A DNA stretch of 64,000 nt from Deltaproteobacteria bacterium (GTDB lineage: Bacteria; Myxococcota_A; Polyangia; Polyangiales; Houyiibacteriaceae): assembly GCA_034670305.1 (NCBI GenBank), contig JAXMNT010000003.1:64001-128000 (forward strand). The letters are read 5' to 3'. A program made the translations under genes and the position numbers. Shown one piece after another: positions 10,171 to 20,327 of the stretch (within the stretch, counting starts at the first letter, position 1; each line of letters starts with the position of its first letter). The notes below the pieces were generated by a model that saw only the letters and a program-made list of their open reading frames with translations, was not told the origin of the DNA and made no database searches.

Positions 10171-11370
10171 ATGACTCGACCGAACCAGCGGGTGCGCCCG
10201 CACATCCGCGCGGTGCGGACCATCGTGGGCATCATCGTTTTGATGGGCGCCACGATGTGGGGTTCCGTGGCGTTCTTCGGTGCAACCGGTCTCGAGCAGC
10301 TCAGCCCACCGGGCGCCGCGCCGTCCTGGTCCGTCCCGTACCTCTGGTCGGTCGCGGTCGTGCTTGGGCTGAGTTCGCTGTCCGCGACCCTCCTGGCATG
10401 GATCACCGCGCGCTCGTTCACGCAGGATGTCCGGGACGTCGAGTCGGGTGTCGCGCGGTTGGTCCGCGAACAACCCGTGCTGTCCGACGAATCGGGCATG
10501 CACCTCAAGCGCGCCACACCCTCCGCACTTCCCCTCGCCCCCCGCGCCCACATTCCGGTCAGCACCCTCGACGAGCTCGGGGAACTCGTTGTCGCGTTCG
10601 ATGCGCTCCGCTCGGACTTCCGACTCGCGCTGCAACAGGAACGGGAGCTCAAGCGTCGGGCGCAAGAAGCGAGCGTCGGCAACGAAGCCTTCTTGAAGGC
10701 GGTCAGCCACGAGCTGCGCACACCGCTCAACTCCATCCTCGGGTTCGCGGACGTCTTGCTCTCGGAGATGGATGGCCCGTTGAGCGATTCGCAACGAGAG
10801 GACGTTCGGATCATCGCGTCCGCCGGCCGCCATCTGCAAGCGCTCTTCAACGACATCCTCGACCTGAGCGCTGCGGCCACCGGACACCTCGAACTGGACC
10901 ACCAGGAAGTGGCGCTCGGACCGCTCGTGGAAGAAGTCGCCGCCGAACTGGGGTCGCACCGAAAAGAGGGCGTCGCGTTGGACGTTCACATCGACGACGA
11001 CGTGCCCGTCTTGTTCGCGGACCCCAAGCGCCTGCGGCAAGTCCTCACCAACCTCGCGGGCAACGCCCTCAAGTTCACCGACACGGGGTTCGTTCGAATC
11101 GAGGTCGAGAGGGCCCGGGACTGGGTGGTCCTGCGGGTGTCGGACACCGGCGTGGGCATTCCACCCGAAGCACTGGACGAGGTGTTCGCAGAGTTCGACC
11201 AAGTCGTGGAACGGGCCGGCTCCCGGCGCGGTGGCTCCGGCCTCGGCCTCACGATCGCACGGACGCTCGTGGAGCTTCACCATGGGACGATCCTGGTCAA
11301 GAGCCACAAGGGAGAAGGGTCCGTCTTCGAAGTTCGACTGCCAGCGCCTGCCGCGAAGGCGACCTCGTGA
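10171..11370 (+). CDS. Membrane sensor histidine kinase (2 TM, HAMP-like, HisKA, HATPase)
   Basis: VSHELRTPLN H-box, N-box NLAGNALKF, G1 DTGVG, G2 GSGLGL. Confidence 0.93.
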   Translation: MTRPNQRVRPHIRAVRTIVGIIVLMGATMWGSVAFFGATGLEQLSPPGAAPSWSVPYLWSVAVVLGLSSLSATLLAWITARSFTQDVRDVESGVARLVREQPVLSDESGMHLKRATPSALPLAPRAHIPVSTLDELGELVVAFDALRSDFRLALQQERELKRRAQEASVGNEAFLKAVSHELRTPLNSILGFADVLLSEMDGPLSDSQREDVRIIASAGRHLQALFNDILDLSAAATGHLELDHQEVALGPLVEEVAAELGSHRKEGVALDVHIDDDVPVLFADPKRLRQVLTNLAGNALKFTDTGFVRIEVERARDWVVLRVSDTGVGIPPEALDEVFAEFDQVVERAGSRRGGSGLGLTIARTLVELHHGTILVKSHKGEGSVFEVRLPAPAAKATS

Positions 11371-13070
11371 CGCCGCCCGTCCGTCGCTCGGCCATGGCCT
11401 GGGACCTCGCACTCGCGCAGGTCGCCATCGGCCTCGCAGGCTGCGTGGTCGTGGTGATGTTCGCGTGGGTGGCGCTGCCGATCCCGACCGCGCTCATCGA
11501 CAACGTGGCGCTGCTTCAGTTGCTCGCGTGCGCCGCGATGGGCGCCGGAAGCGCCCTGCTCTCGATCGGTCCTTGGCGCCAGTCAAAGGCGATGTACGCA
11601 CACGTGTGGCGCCGCCACCGCCGAGAGGCCATCGGTCAACTTGACCCCGTCGGCCGACTGCCACCGGACGTCGCCGTCGCGATGTTCGATCTCCCTCCCC
11701 GCGGGTCCCTTGGGGCCGGGCTGGCGCTGCTCACCGTGTTGGTCGCCGACGCGAGCAGTGGCGGCGCGATCTCAGGGCTCCGCGGGATGCAGCTCTTCGC
11801 GGTCTCGTTGCTCACCTTCGGCGTACTGCAGAGCGCAGCGATGGTGACCTCCATCGCATCCCGGGCGCTGCTCTGGCGGTGGCTGTCACGGGTCCATCCG
11901 CGCGACGCCCCCGTGAGGCGTCGGTGGTTTCCGAGACTGGCCGCACGTCTCGCGATTCGGGTGGGTTCGGTGCTCACGCTCTTGGGGTGCGTCGCACTCT
12001 CCCTCCCGCTCTCGTACCTGTCGGCCGCGCAGGAACTCCAGACCCACGAGGCGGTATTCTCTTTCGGTTCGGCGCCAATGGCCTACTTCGCAGGCGCCTT
12101 GGCCGGGACGGTGTTCGCCATCGTGGTGGGGGTCGCGGCGGCGACGCAGCTGGGGCGGCAGTTCGCCTCCGACATGAGCGACCTCGCCCACCACGTCGAG
12201 GCGCTCTCACGCAGCCGCAGTTTCGTCGACCGCCGTCCGGAACCTCAGCTTCCGCACGTGCGGACCGATGTCGCCACCCTGCTCGCTGCACGCACCGCGT
12301 TGCTGGCGAACAAGTACGCCGCACTGGCCGAGCGCGAGGTACGGGCACGACAAGCCATCGAAGCGACCCAGCGGCTCAAGACCCGCTTCATGGCCCACAT
12401 GAGCCACGACCTGAGAAGCCCCCTCAACTCGATCGCGGGGTTCGCGGAGATCCTCTCGGACGACAGGGCGGGGCTGAACTCGGAGCAGATGGCGAGTGTG
12501 CTGTCCATTCGGCACTCCGGTCGCAACCTCGTCCTGCTCGTGACCGACATCGTAGACACAGCCCGCATCGAAGCGGGCCGACTCACCCTGCACCGCGAGC
12601 GCTGTGACCTTCGAACCGTCCTGGCTGCGGCGATCGAAACCGCTCAGGAACTCGACGGCGCTGGAACGCTCGAGGTGCACCTCGAGCTGGCACCAGACGC
12701 GCCAGCAGCGTTCTGGTTCGATGGCGCGCGCGTGGAACAGGCGATCGGCGGCGTGCTCTCCCACGTCGTCCGCATGTCGACTCCAGGGGTCATCCAGGTT
12801 CAGGCGAAGGGCCGGCCCGATGGCCTCGAGGTCGAAGTCGTCGCCGAGCAACTCCCGCCCGAGGACACGCAACGGATGTTCCTCGCGTTTCGAGAGCTCA
12901 AGCAAGCGAGCGGCCGGCGGGTCGGCGGACTCGGACTCGGACTCTCACTCGCGCGCAGTCTGGTCGAAGCGCACGGAGGAGAACTTCGCTACGACAGTTC
13001 GGAGAGCCGGTTCACGTTCTTCTTCCCGACCCTCGAGGAACCAGAAGTCCCGGAACCGCCCGCAGCGTGA
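11367..13070 (+). CDS. Multi-TM histidine kinase-like protein with a degenerate ATP-binding domain
   Basis: MSHDLRSPLN H-box and G2 GGLGLGLS are present; N-box Asn residues and G1 DxGxG are absent. GTG overlaps the previous TGA. Confidence 0.85.
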   Translation: MTPPVRRSAMAWDLALAQVAIGLAGCVVVVMFAWVALPIPTALIDNVALLQLLACAAMGAGSALLSIGPWRQSKAMYAHVWRRHRREAIGQLDPVGRLPPDVAVAMFDLPPRGSLGAGLALLTVLVADASSGGAISGLRGMQLFAVSLLTFGVLQSAAMVTSIASRALLWRWLSRVHPRDAPVRRRWFPRLAARLAIRVGSVLTLLGCVALSLPLSYLSAAQELQTHEAVFSFGSAPMAYFAGALAGTVFAIVVGVAAATQLGRQFASDMSDLAHHVEALSRSRSFVDRRPEPQLPHVRTDVATLLAARTALLANKYAALAEREVRARQAIEATQRLKTRFMAHMSHDLRSPLNSIAGFAEILSDDRAGLNSEQMASVLSIRHSGRNLVLLVTDIVDTARIEAGRLTLHRERCDLRTVLAAAIETAQELDGAGTLEVHLELAPDAPAAFWFDGARVEQAIGGVLSHVVRMSTPGVIQVQAKGRPDGLEVEVVAEQLPPEDTQRMFLAFRELKQASGRRVGGLGLGLSLARSLVEAHGGELRYDSSESRFTFFFPTLEEPEVPEPPAA

Positions 13071-13136
13071 ACTACCCGTGCCTTCGGGCCGGCCACGGTC
13101 CCGTTGCTGCTCCGCTGCGCTCGTTGCGGCGATGGG

Positions 13137-14492
13137 TCAGAGCCGACCGACTTTGGCCCACGCCCCCGAGCGGTACGCGAGCACGCTCAGCATCACCTTG
13201 AGCACGTAGCTCAGCGGGAACGCGGCCCACACCCCCCACGCGCCAAAACCAAGCGGAAAGCCAAGGAGCCAGCTCAGGGGGATCTGCAGCATGGTGCCGA
13301 CGAAGTTGATCCGCAGACTCGTCCCGGTCGCACCGGCACCACGGAGCAGGCCGATGAGCGCGATCTGCACGCCGACGATCGGCATGCCGTACCCGAGCAG
13401 CTTCATCCACATCACGGAGTACGACATGAGCGGCGTGCCCGACTCGACGTCGAAGATCCGCACGATGGGTTCGGCGCCGGCGATGATGAGCAGACCAAGC
13501 ACACTCATGATCGACGTACAGAGCACGACCGACGCGCGCACGACCTGCTTGGCCTCGGCCACGTTCCTCGCACCGAGTGCGTTGCCGACCATCGCGCCGG
13601 TCGCCTGCGAGACGCTCAAGCCGGGGACGAACGCCAGCGCCTGGATCCGCAGACCGATGCCGTGGGCCGCGACCGCGACCGGATCGATCCGTCCCAGCAT
13701 GCCGATGATCGACGCGAAGCTCGCGTTGATGAGCACCATGTCGAGCGCAGCCGGCCAGCCGACCCGGAACAAGGTGCGCGCGAGTGCGCGGTCGATCGGA
13801 ACCCACGCGAGCGGCATCTGGAGCGGGGCCACGGTGCCACGGCGCAGGAGCCAGACCATCGCGACCACGCCGCAGGCTTGGGAGGCCACGGTGCCAAGGG
13901 CCGCCCCTTCGACGCCCATCGCTGGCAAACCGAAGTTGCCCAAGATGAGTCCGTAGTTGAAGACGACGTTGAGCGCGTTGTATCCGAGCGCGACGAGGAA
14001 CGGCAGCATCGTATTGCCGACGCCGCGCAGGACCGCCGCGTAGAGCACGCTCAGGTAGTAGAAGACCGCGAACGTGAGGTTCGGACGCAGGTACTCGAGC
14101 GACGCTTCGATCGAGGGCCCCTGCGCGCCGAGCGCCACCACGATGGGCCGCGCGAGCAGGTTCCCGAACACCGCGACGAGGACCCCCATGAGGATCGTGA
14201 GCAAGCTGGCTTGTCGAAGCACATGGTTGCAGCGCTCGTCGTCGCCCGACCCATGCGCGCGCGCCACGGTCGCCACCGCACCGACGACCAACCCCAACAT
14301 CGCGACCATCACGATGAAGACGACTTGCGTGGCGAAGCCGAGCGCTTCGAGCGCGACGCCCGCGTCGTCCAGCCGGCCGCACATCGCGGTGTCGACCGCC
14401 AGCGAGAGCACGCTCAGCACGTTGAGCCCGATGATTGGCGCCGCGAGGTCGAAGAGCCGTCTCGGAATCGATCGTTCGGGCTCGACGGTCAC
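13137..14492 (-). CDS. MATE family efflux transporter
   Basis: About 12 TM, DTAMCGRL, LRGVGNT, MGVEGAALGT, two-fold internal repeat. Confidence 0.93.
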   Translation of the reverse strand: MTVEPERSIPRRLFDLAAPIIGLNVLSVLSLAVDTAMCGRLDDAGVALEALGFATQVVFIVMVAMLGLVVGAVATVARAHGSGDDERCNHVLRQASLLTILMGVLVAVFGNLLARPIVVALGAQGPSIEASLEYLRPNLTFAVFYYLSVLYAAVLRGVGNTMLPFLVALGYNALNVVFNYGLILGNFGLPAMGVEGAALGTVASQACGVVAMVWLLRRGTVAPLQMPLAWVPIDRALARTLFRVGWPAALDMVLINASFASIIGMLGRIDPVAVAAHGIGLRIQALAFVPGLSVSQATGAMVGNALGARNVAEAKQVVRASVVLCTSIMSVLGLLIIAGAEPIVRIFDVESGTPLMSYSVMWMKLLGYGMPIVGVQIALIGLLRGAGATGTSLRINFVGTMLQIPLSWLLGFPLGFGAWGVWAAFPLSYVLKVMLSVLAYRSGAWAKVGRL

Positions 14493-14504
14493 GAAGACGT
14501 GCGT

Positions 14505-15194
14505 CTACTTCGCGTCCGGGCGTGCCGCAAGATGGCCGTGGACCGCGAGCGACGCTGCAACCGCCGTCGGCACCCGCAGAACGTTCGCCCCCAGGCTGAT
14601 CGGCTCGAAGGACGCGTTCTCGAAGGTCTGACGTTCTTCTTCCGACCACCCACCCTCGGGACCGATCGCGATCCAATCGTCGGTGTGGGCGCGTTCGGGC
14701 AGCGCGCCGCCCCGGGCCCACGCGTACATGCCGCGGGCATGTTCGGAGCGACGTGCGAGCACGTCTCGCAAGGGGGCGGGCGGCATGAGCCGGGGCACGA
14801 ACGTGCGCTCGGACTGGCGACTCGCCTCACGCGCGATGCGCTCGAACCGCAACCACTTGTTGCCCACCGACCTTGGCACGCTGTGTTTCGCGAACACGAA
14901 ATGCAGCGCACGGGCCCCGAGCTCTGTGGCGAGTCGGATCGAGAGTTCGGTCGCGGGTGGTTTGGCCAGCCCAAGGATCAGCGTGGGCCCCGTGCGACGC
15001 ACCCTCGGAAGTTCTTCCAGAAGCTCCGCTTCGTCGTCTCCGGTGAGCCGGGCGCGGCACCGCCGCCCTTCCCCGTCGAAGAGCTCGACCTCCGTATCGA
15101 CCTCCAGGCGAAGCACGTGCACGTGCGCCGCCGCTTCACCGAGCGGCTGCCGCCCGCCGATCGCCGCGAGCGTCTCCACGAAGAACCGCCTCAT
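14505..15194 (-). CDS. rsmE: 16S rRNA m3U1498 methyltransferase RsmE
   Basis: HVHVLRL, ATELG, EASRQSER, IGPEGGWS, LGANVLR; adjacent to prmA. Confidence 0.9.
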   Translation of the reverse strand: MRRFFVETLAAIGGRQPLGEAAAHVHVLRLEVDTEVELFDGEGRRCRARLTGDDEAELLEELPRVRRTGPTLILGLAKPPATELSIRLATELGARALHFVFAKHSVPRSVGNKWLRFERIAREASRQSERTFVPRLMPPAPLRDVLARRSEHARGMYAWARGGALPERAHTDDWIAIGPEGGWSEEERQTFENASFEPISLGANVLRVPTAVAASLAVHGHLAARPDAK

Positions 15195-15213
15195 CGATCG
15201 CACCCGGCGCGCA

Positions 15214-16065
15214 TCACGCCCGCGTCAGAACGATGGCCCGCCACTCGCCCTCTGCCGTGACCCGCACCTCGAACGACGCGTCCACTTCTGCGAACGCGGC
15301 GACGACTTCGTCGAGCCGGTCCTCGAGCACGCCGGACAGGACGAGCACACGTTGGGTTCTCGCGCAGAGCGCCTCCGCCATGTCGATCAGAATGGGCGCT
15401 TGAATGTTGGCGAGCACGAGATCGAACGTACCCTCGATCGAGTGCATCGGGCGCGTCGACACCTCGAGACGGCCGCCCACGCCGTTGAGTTCGGCGTTCT
15501 CCTCGCTGACCGCGACCGCCGCATCCTCGACGTCGACACCGATCGCGGTTTCGGCGCCGAGCAGGAGCGCCGCCACCGCGAGGATCCCGCTGCCGCAGCC
15601 CACGTCGAACACCCGGTCGCCCGGTCTCACCAACGCGTCGACCTCCGCGAGCACCAGTCGGGTGGTCTCGTGAATGCCGCTGCCGAACGCGCCACCCGGA
15701 TCGATCGTGAGCACGACCTCGTCCGGCCCCGTTTCGAGTTCCCGCCAAGACGGCCGGATCCACAGACGTTCGCCGAGCTTCCTCGGGTGGAAGTACGCGC
15801 GCCACGCATCGCGCCATTCGTCCCCGACCACCCATTCCACCCGCGCTGGAAACGACATCGCGGCGACGGCCCGGTGGGCGGCGTCGTCGTTCTCGAACGA
15901 CGCCACGAGCAGCACCTGGCCGTCTTCGCCCTTGAGCAGCGTGGTCTCGTCTCGTTCTTCGACGCCAGTGCACCCGAGCGTCCAGAGCAGGTCTCCCACC
16001 ATCTCGGTCTGCGCGCTCGGCACACGGACGTGGACGTAGGGGTAGCGGGGAATCGGTTCGGTCAT
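15214..16065 (-). CDS. prmA: Ribosomal protein L11 methyltransferase PrmA
   Basis: IDPGGAFGSGIHETT, DVGCGSGILA, DLVLANI. Confidence 0.93.
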   Translation of the reverse strand: MTEPIPRYPYVHVRVPSAQTEMVGDLLWTLGCTGVEERDETTLLKGEDGQVLLVASFENDDAAHRAVAAMSFPARVEWVVGDEWRDAWRAYFHPRKLGERLWIRPSWRELETGPDEVVLTIDPGGAFGSGIHETTRLVLAEVDALVRPGDRVFDVGCGSGILAVAALLLGAETAIGVDVEDAAVAVSEENAELNGVGGRLEVSTRPMHSIEGTFDLVLANIQAPILIDMAEALCARTQRVLVLSGVLEDRLDEVVAAFAEVDASFEVRVTAEGEWRAIVLTRA

Positions 16066-16099
16066 CGGTTCGGTGGAAGCACGCCGCCGCAGCGGGCTC

Positions 16100-16951
16100 T
16101 TAGTTGATGTTGACGATCAACGTGCCCTGGGACGGCGGTGCGCCATCGTCCCGGGTGAGCAACACCGCCGTCGTGACGGCGCCGCCGATCACGACCACCG
16201 CGATGGTCCAGAACCACCACTTCGTCAGGACCGAGTTGGACGGACCCTCGACCGCGATGCGAAGCGGCGCCGCGACGTCGCCCCGCGCCGCAACCGGCAG
16301 CCCCGCGCCGTCCACCGCTTCGAAGTAGTACTCGACGAGCGGCGGCGCGACGTCCTCGCCGGGAATCACCGCCACGTAGGCGCCGTCGCGAAAGTCACAG
16401 TCCAGCCGGCGGAACACATCGCTCGTCCCCTGACGGTACGCGAGCACCAGACCACTGACGCGGCCCTGGGGATCCTGGATCGTGGCGGTCAGCGGAATCT
16501 CCGCGCCTGGGTCGGCCTGCGCGGGAGAGGCGTGCACAATCTCGATCGGTGTCGGCGGCGCCGTCGCCACGCCCGGCCGGCCATCCGCTTCCCACCGCTC
16601 GCGCACACCCGAGAAGAACTCACGGAACCGCGGCGAGACATTGTCGCCCGGATCGAACTCCGGCTCGATGCCGAGCAGACTCCGGTACGCGCCCTCCGCC
16701 TCTTCGCTCCGACCGAGCGAGAGATAGGTCAACGCCAAGAGCCGATAGATGGTCGCGCGCTCCTGCTCGGAGTTGCCGCTCCGCACCAGCCCCGCCGAGA
16801 GCGTCTGAAGCGCCTCCTCGTACCGGAGGTCGTCGTACATCGACTGCCCCTCCGCGATGAGCGGGTTCCGCTGCGCGCCCGCGGTCGCCGGAATGGCGCA
16901 CACAACCCCGAGCAGACAGACCGACAGCGCAACAAAGCGGAACAGACGCAT
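16100..16951 (-). CDS. Secreted TPR + beta-sandwich protein with a C-terminal KWWFW membrane anchor
   Basis: Signal peptide AGA|Q, TPR-like helices, beta-rich domain, KWWFWT followed by a TM segment. Confidence 0.75.
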   Translation of the reverse strand: MRLFRFVALSVCLLGVVCAIPATAGAQRNPLIAEGQSMYDDLRYEEALQTLSAGLVRSGNSEQERATIYRLLALTYLSLGRSEEAEGAYRSLLGIEPEFDPGDNVSPRFREFFSGVRERWEADGRPGVATAPPTPIEIVHASPAQADPGAEIPLTATIQDPQGRVSGLVLAYRQGTSDVFRRLDCDFRDGAYVAVIPGEDVAPPLVEYYFEAVDGAGLPVAARGDVAAPLRIAVEGPSNSVLTKWWFWTIAVVVIGGAVTTAVLLTRDDGAPPSQGTLIVNIN

Positions 16952-17022
16952 GCCCCGGAGGCTAAACCACACTCCCGCATCCTGGATAGGCCCGTCCGCA
17001 GGGGGCTCTGGATGCCCGGATT

Positions 17023-17360
17023 CCGTGCCCATACCCGTGCCCGTGCCCGTGCCCGAGTTTGCCGGGCTCGAACCCGAAGCCGAAGTCGGTGCATGCCTTG
17101 CGTTCGGACTCGGCTTGGGATTCGGATTCTCGGCCCAGAACCAGAACCAGCACCAGCCCGCTCTCCTTCGGAGTCGCACGTCTTGTAGCCTCTGCGGAAG
17201 TCGGCTCCTTCATCCTTCGGTTCAGCTTCCCTGGCGTCTGCTTCTGCATCGGCACCAGCATCGGCACCGGCATCGGATTCGGCATCGGCATCGGCATCGG
17301 CGCCGGCATCGGCATCGGCATCGGCTTCGGCTTCGGCTTCGGCTTCGGCATCGGAGTCGG
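17023..17360. repeat. Intergenic compound hexamer array A: (CCCGTG)n ... (CCAGAA/CCAGCA) ... (TCGGCA/TCGGCT)n
   Basis: Directly visible 6-nt periodicity between divergent genes. Confidence 0.9.
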
Positions 17361-17417
17361 CAATTCCCGCCCGCCACTCGCCCTTCCCGACCACACCGGC
17401 TAGGTCTCTCCCTTCGC

Positions 17418-19835
17418 GTGCCCGACCTCGATTCCCAGCCCCCGCCCCCGCCCGCCGCCCCACCCTCCCGTCGTCCGGCGTGGTTGGCGCTCGCAACCAT
17501 GGCGATCGTCGTCGCGGTGGGGAGTTGGACGGCCGCGACCATGCGGGTCGAGACCGAGATCACCGAGTTCCTCCCAGCCGAAGACGACCGCGAGCTGGCG
17601 CAACTGGTGGCGGCGGTCACCCAGTCGGATCTGACCCGCACCGTCACCCTCACGGTACAAGCCGAAGACCTGGCCACCGCCGCCCGCGCCGCCGCCACGC
17701 TCGGCGCGGAGCTCGAGGGCGCGTCCGAGGTCGCGTGGGTCCGCTGGGGTCCCGACGAAGATCTCGAGCGCGCGTTCTACGAAGCCTACTTCCCTCGCCG
17801 CCTCGGCCTCTTGGCCGACCGACCCGAGGACGTCGACCTGTCCGCGGAGGCGCTGCGAGTGCGGCTCGATCGGCTTCGAACCGAGCTCGGCGGTCCCACC
17901 GGCCCGTTCCTGCGCCGCATCGCGCCCGAGGATCCCTGGATGGTCTTCATCGACTACGTCGAGCGTTTGCGAACCGCGCTCGAGGGCGAACTCGAAGTGC
18001 GCGACGGCGCGTTCGTCAGCCAGCAAGGAGACGACGCGTTCGGCGTGGTGCTGCTCGCGTCGAACCACTCGCCTTTCGACGGGGCCGCCTCCCGCACGCT
18101 CCTGTCCGAGATCGACGCGGCGTTCGCAGCGACCGAAGCCGCCATCGACGCGCCGCTCACGCTCGAACGCGCGACGGTGCATCGCATCGCGGTGCAGAGC
18201 GAGAAGACGATCAAGGCCGACATTCAGCGCGTCTCGATCTTCGGTTCGCTCGCGGTGCTCCTCCTCTTGCTCGTGGTCTTCCGCGACCTGCGCACGCTCT
18301 TGCTCGCCGGGTTCCCGCTCTTTGGCGGCGTCGCGGCCGGCGCCACCGCCGTGCACGTCGGGTTCGGGTCGATCCACGGGCTCACGCTGGCGTTCGGGGC
18401 CACGCTGGTGGGCGTGGCGCTCGACTACGTCGCGCACCTGCTCAACCACCACTACCTCGCCCCGAATCCGGATGGCGCGGTCGGCACCGCGAGACACCTT
18501 CGGCCCGGGCTCTTGCTCGGCGCCGGCACGACGGTCGCGGGACTGATCGGGCTGGCGTGGACCTCGTTCCCCGGCATCCGGCAGATGGCGATCTTCACCT
18601 CGGTGGGCGTCGTCGTGGCCGTCCTGCTCACGCTCTACGTCCTGCCGCCGCTCCTGCCCGCCGCCAAGACGACCCCGCTCCACGCGCGCATCGGCCGCTG
18701 GTGCGCCGCCTTTTTGGAACGGGCCGCAGCCCATCGGGGCGTGCTCCTCGCCCTCCCATTGATCGCGATCGCGATTGCCATCAGCGGGAGCTTCCGCCTC
18801 GAATGGCAAGACGACATCCGCGCCCTGAACCCGACCGACCCCGCGCTGCTCGCGGAAGATGCACGGGTGCGCGGGCGGGTGGCCAACTTGGATCTCGGAC
18901 GCTTCCTCGTCGCCCGGGGCGACACCTTCGAAGAAGCGCTCGAGCGCAACGACGCGCTCCACGATCTGCTCAGTGAAGAAGTGCGCGCCGGACGGCTCGA
19001 GCGGTTCCGATCCCTGCACGCTCTGTTGCCCTCGGTGGCCCGCCAGCGCGCGGTGCGCGGCGCCATCGACGAGGGTGCGTGGGCCCGGACCGAGACCGTG
19101 CTCGGCCAAGCGGGGTTCGTGCCGACGATGTTCGAACCGTTCCGGGCGACGCTCCAAGCCGAGTTCGAACCGCTCCGCTGGGAGGACTTGCAAGACGGCC
19201 CGCTCGCGCGGCTCGCGTCGATGCATCGAGTGCCGCTCGAAGACGGCGTCGCCGTGCTCACCTTCCTGCGCGGCGCCGACGACGCCGACGCACTCGCGGA
19301 ACGCGCCGAGTCGATCGACGGTGTGCGCTCCGTCGACCAGGGCGCGTTGATGCAGCGGGCCTACAAAGGCTTTCGGACGCGCACCCTCGAGCTGATGGTG
19401 GTCGGCCTGTTCATCGTGTTGCTGATCGTGCTCCTCCGATACCGCCGCCTCCGACCTGCCCTCGCCGCCTACCTCCCCGCCCTCTGCGCCGCCGGCGCGA
19501 CGCTCGGGTTGCTCGGATGGTTCGGCATCCCCGCGAACCTCTTACATGTCGTGACCCTGCTGCTCGTCCTGAGCATGGGCGTCGACTACGGCGTGTTCAT
19601 GGTCGAGTCCGACCGTGGCCGCACGGATGGTGCGGCCGGCGAGGAGGGCGCGATCGGCGACGGCCCCGCCACCGTGGTGAGCCTGCTGATGGCCTGCCTC
19701 TCCACGGTCGCAAGCTTCGGCATCCTGGCCATGAGCGAGAGCGGCGCGCTCCAGGCCCTGGGGCTCACCGCCGCCATCGGCGTCGCCCTCTCGTTGATCC
19801 TCGCCCCGGCGGCCTGGCTGATCTTGCGGCGCTGA
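17418..19835 (+). CDS. MMPL/RND-family lipid exporter
   Basis: Two repeats of TM + large loop + 5 TM; GVALDY..H and GVDYGVF. The GTG start at 17418 is an estimate. Confidence 0.85.
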   Translation: MPDLDSQPPPPPAAPPSRRPAWLALATMAIVVAVGSWTAATMRVETEITEFLPAEDDRELAQLVAAVTQSDLTRTVTLTVQAEDLATAARAAATLGAELEGASEVAWVRWGPDEDLERAFYEAYFPRRLGLLADRPEDVDLSAEALRVRLDRLRTELGGPTGPFLRRIAPEDPWMVFIDYVERLRTALEGELEVRDGAFVSQQGDDAFGVVLLASNHSPFDGAASRTLLSEIDAAFAATEAAIDAPLTLERATVHRIAVQSEKTIKADIQRVSIFGSLAVLLLLLVVFRDLRTLLLAGFPLFGGVAAGATAVHVGFGSIHGLTLAFGATLVGVALDYVAHLLNHHYLAPNPDGAVGTARHLRPGLLLGAGTTVAGLIGLAWTSFPGIRQMAIFTSVGVVVAVLLTLYVLPPLLPAAKTTPLHARIGRWCAAFLERAAAHRGVLLALPLIAIAIAISGSFRLEWQDDIRALNPTDPALLAEDARVRGRVANLDLGRFLVARGDTFEEALERNDALHDLLSEEVRAGRLERFRSLHALLPSVARQRAVRGAIDEGAWARTETVLGQAGFVPTMFEPFRATLQAEFEPLRWEDLQDGPLARLASMHRVPLEDGVAVLTFLRGADDADALAERAESIDGVRSVDQGALMQRAYKGFRTRTLELMVVGLFIVLLIVLLRYRRLRPALAAYLPALCAAGATLGLLGWFGIPANLLHVVTLLLVLSMGVDYGVFMVESDRGRTDGAAGEEGAIGDGPATVVSLLMACLSTVASFGILAMSESGALQALGLTAAIGVALSLILAPAAWLILRR

Positions 19836-19853
19836 ACACGCGGGATCAGCCGC

Positions 19854-20284
<431 letters not shown>

Positions 20285-20327
20285 GTTGGGTCCGCCGCCG
20301 AAGCCGATCCAGCCCGTTCAGCACACC

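Noticed and set aside
7218-10880. 1220-aa minus-strand ORF
   Set aside because: Only the last 310 aa look real; the rest is the antisense shadow of the GH15 and kinase genes.
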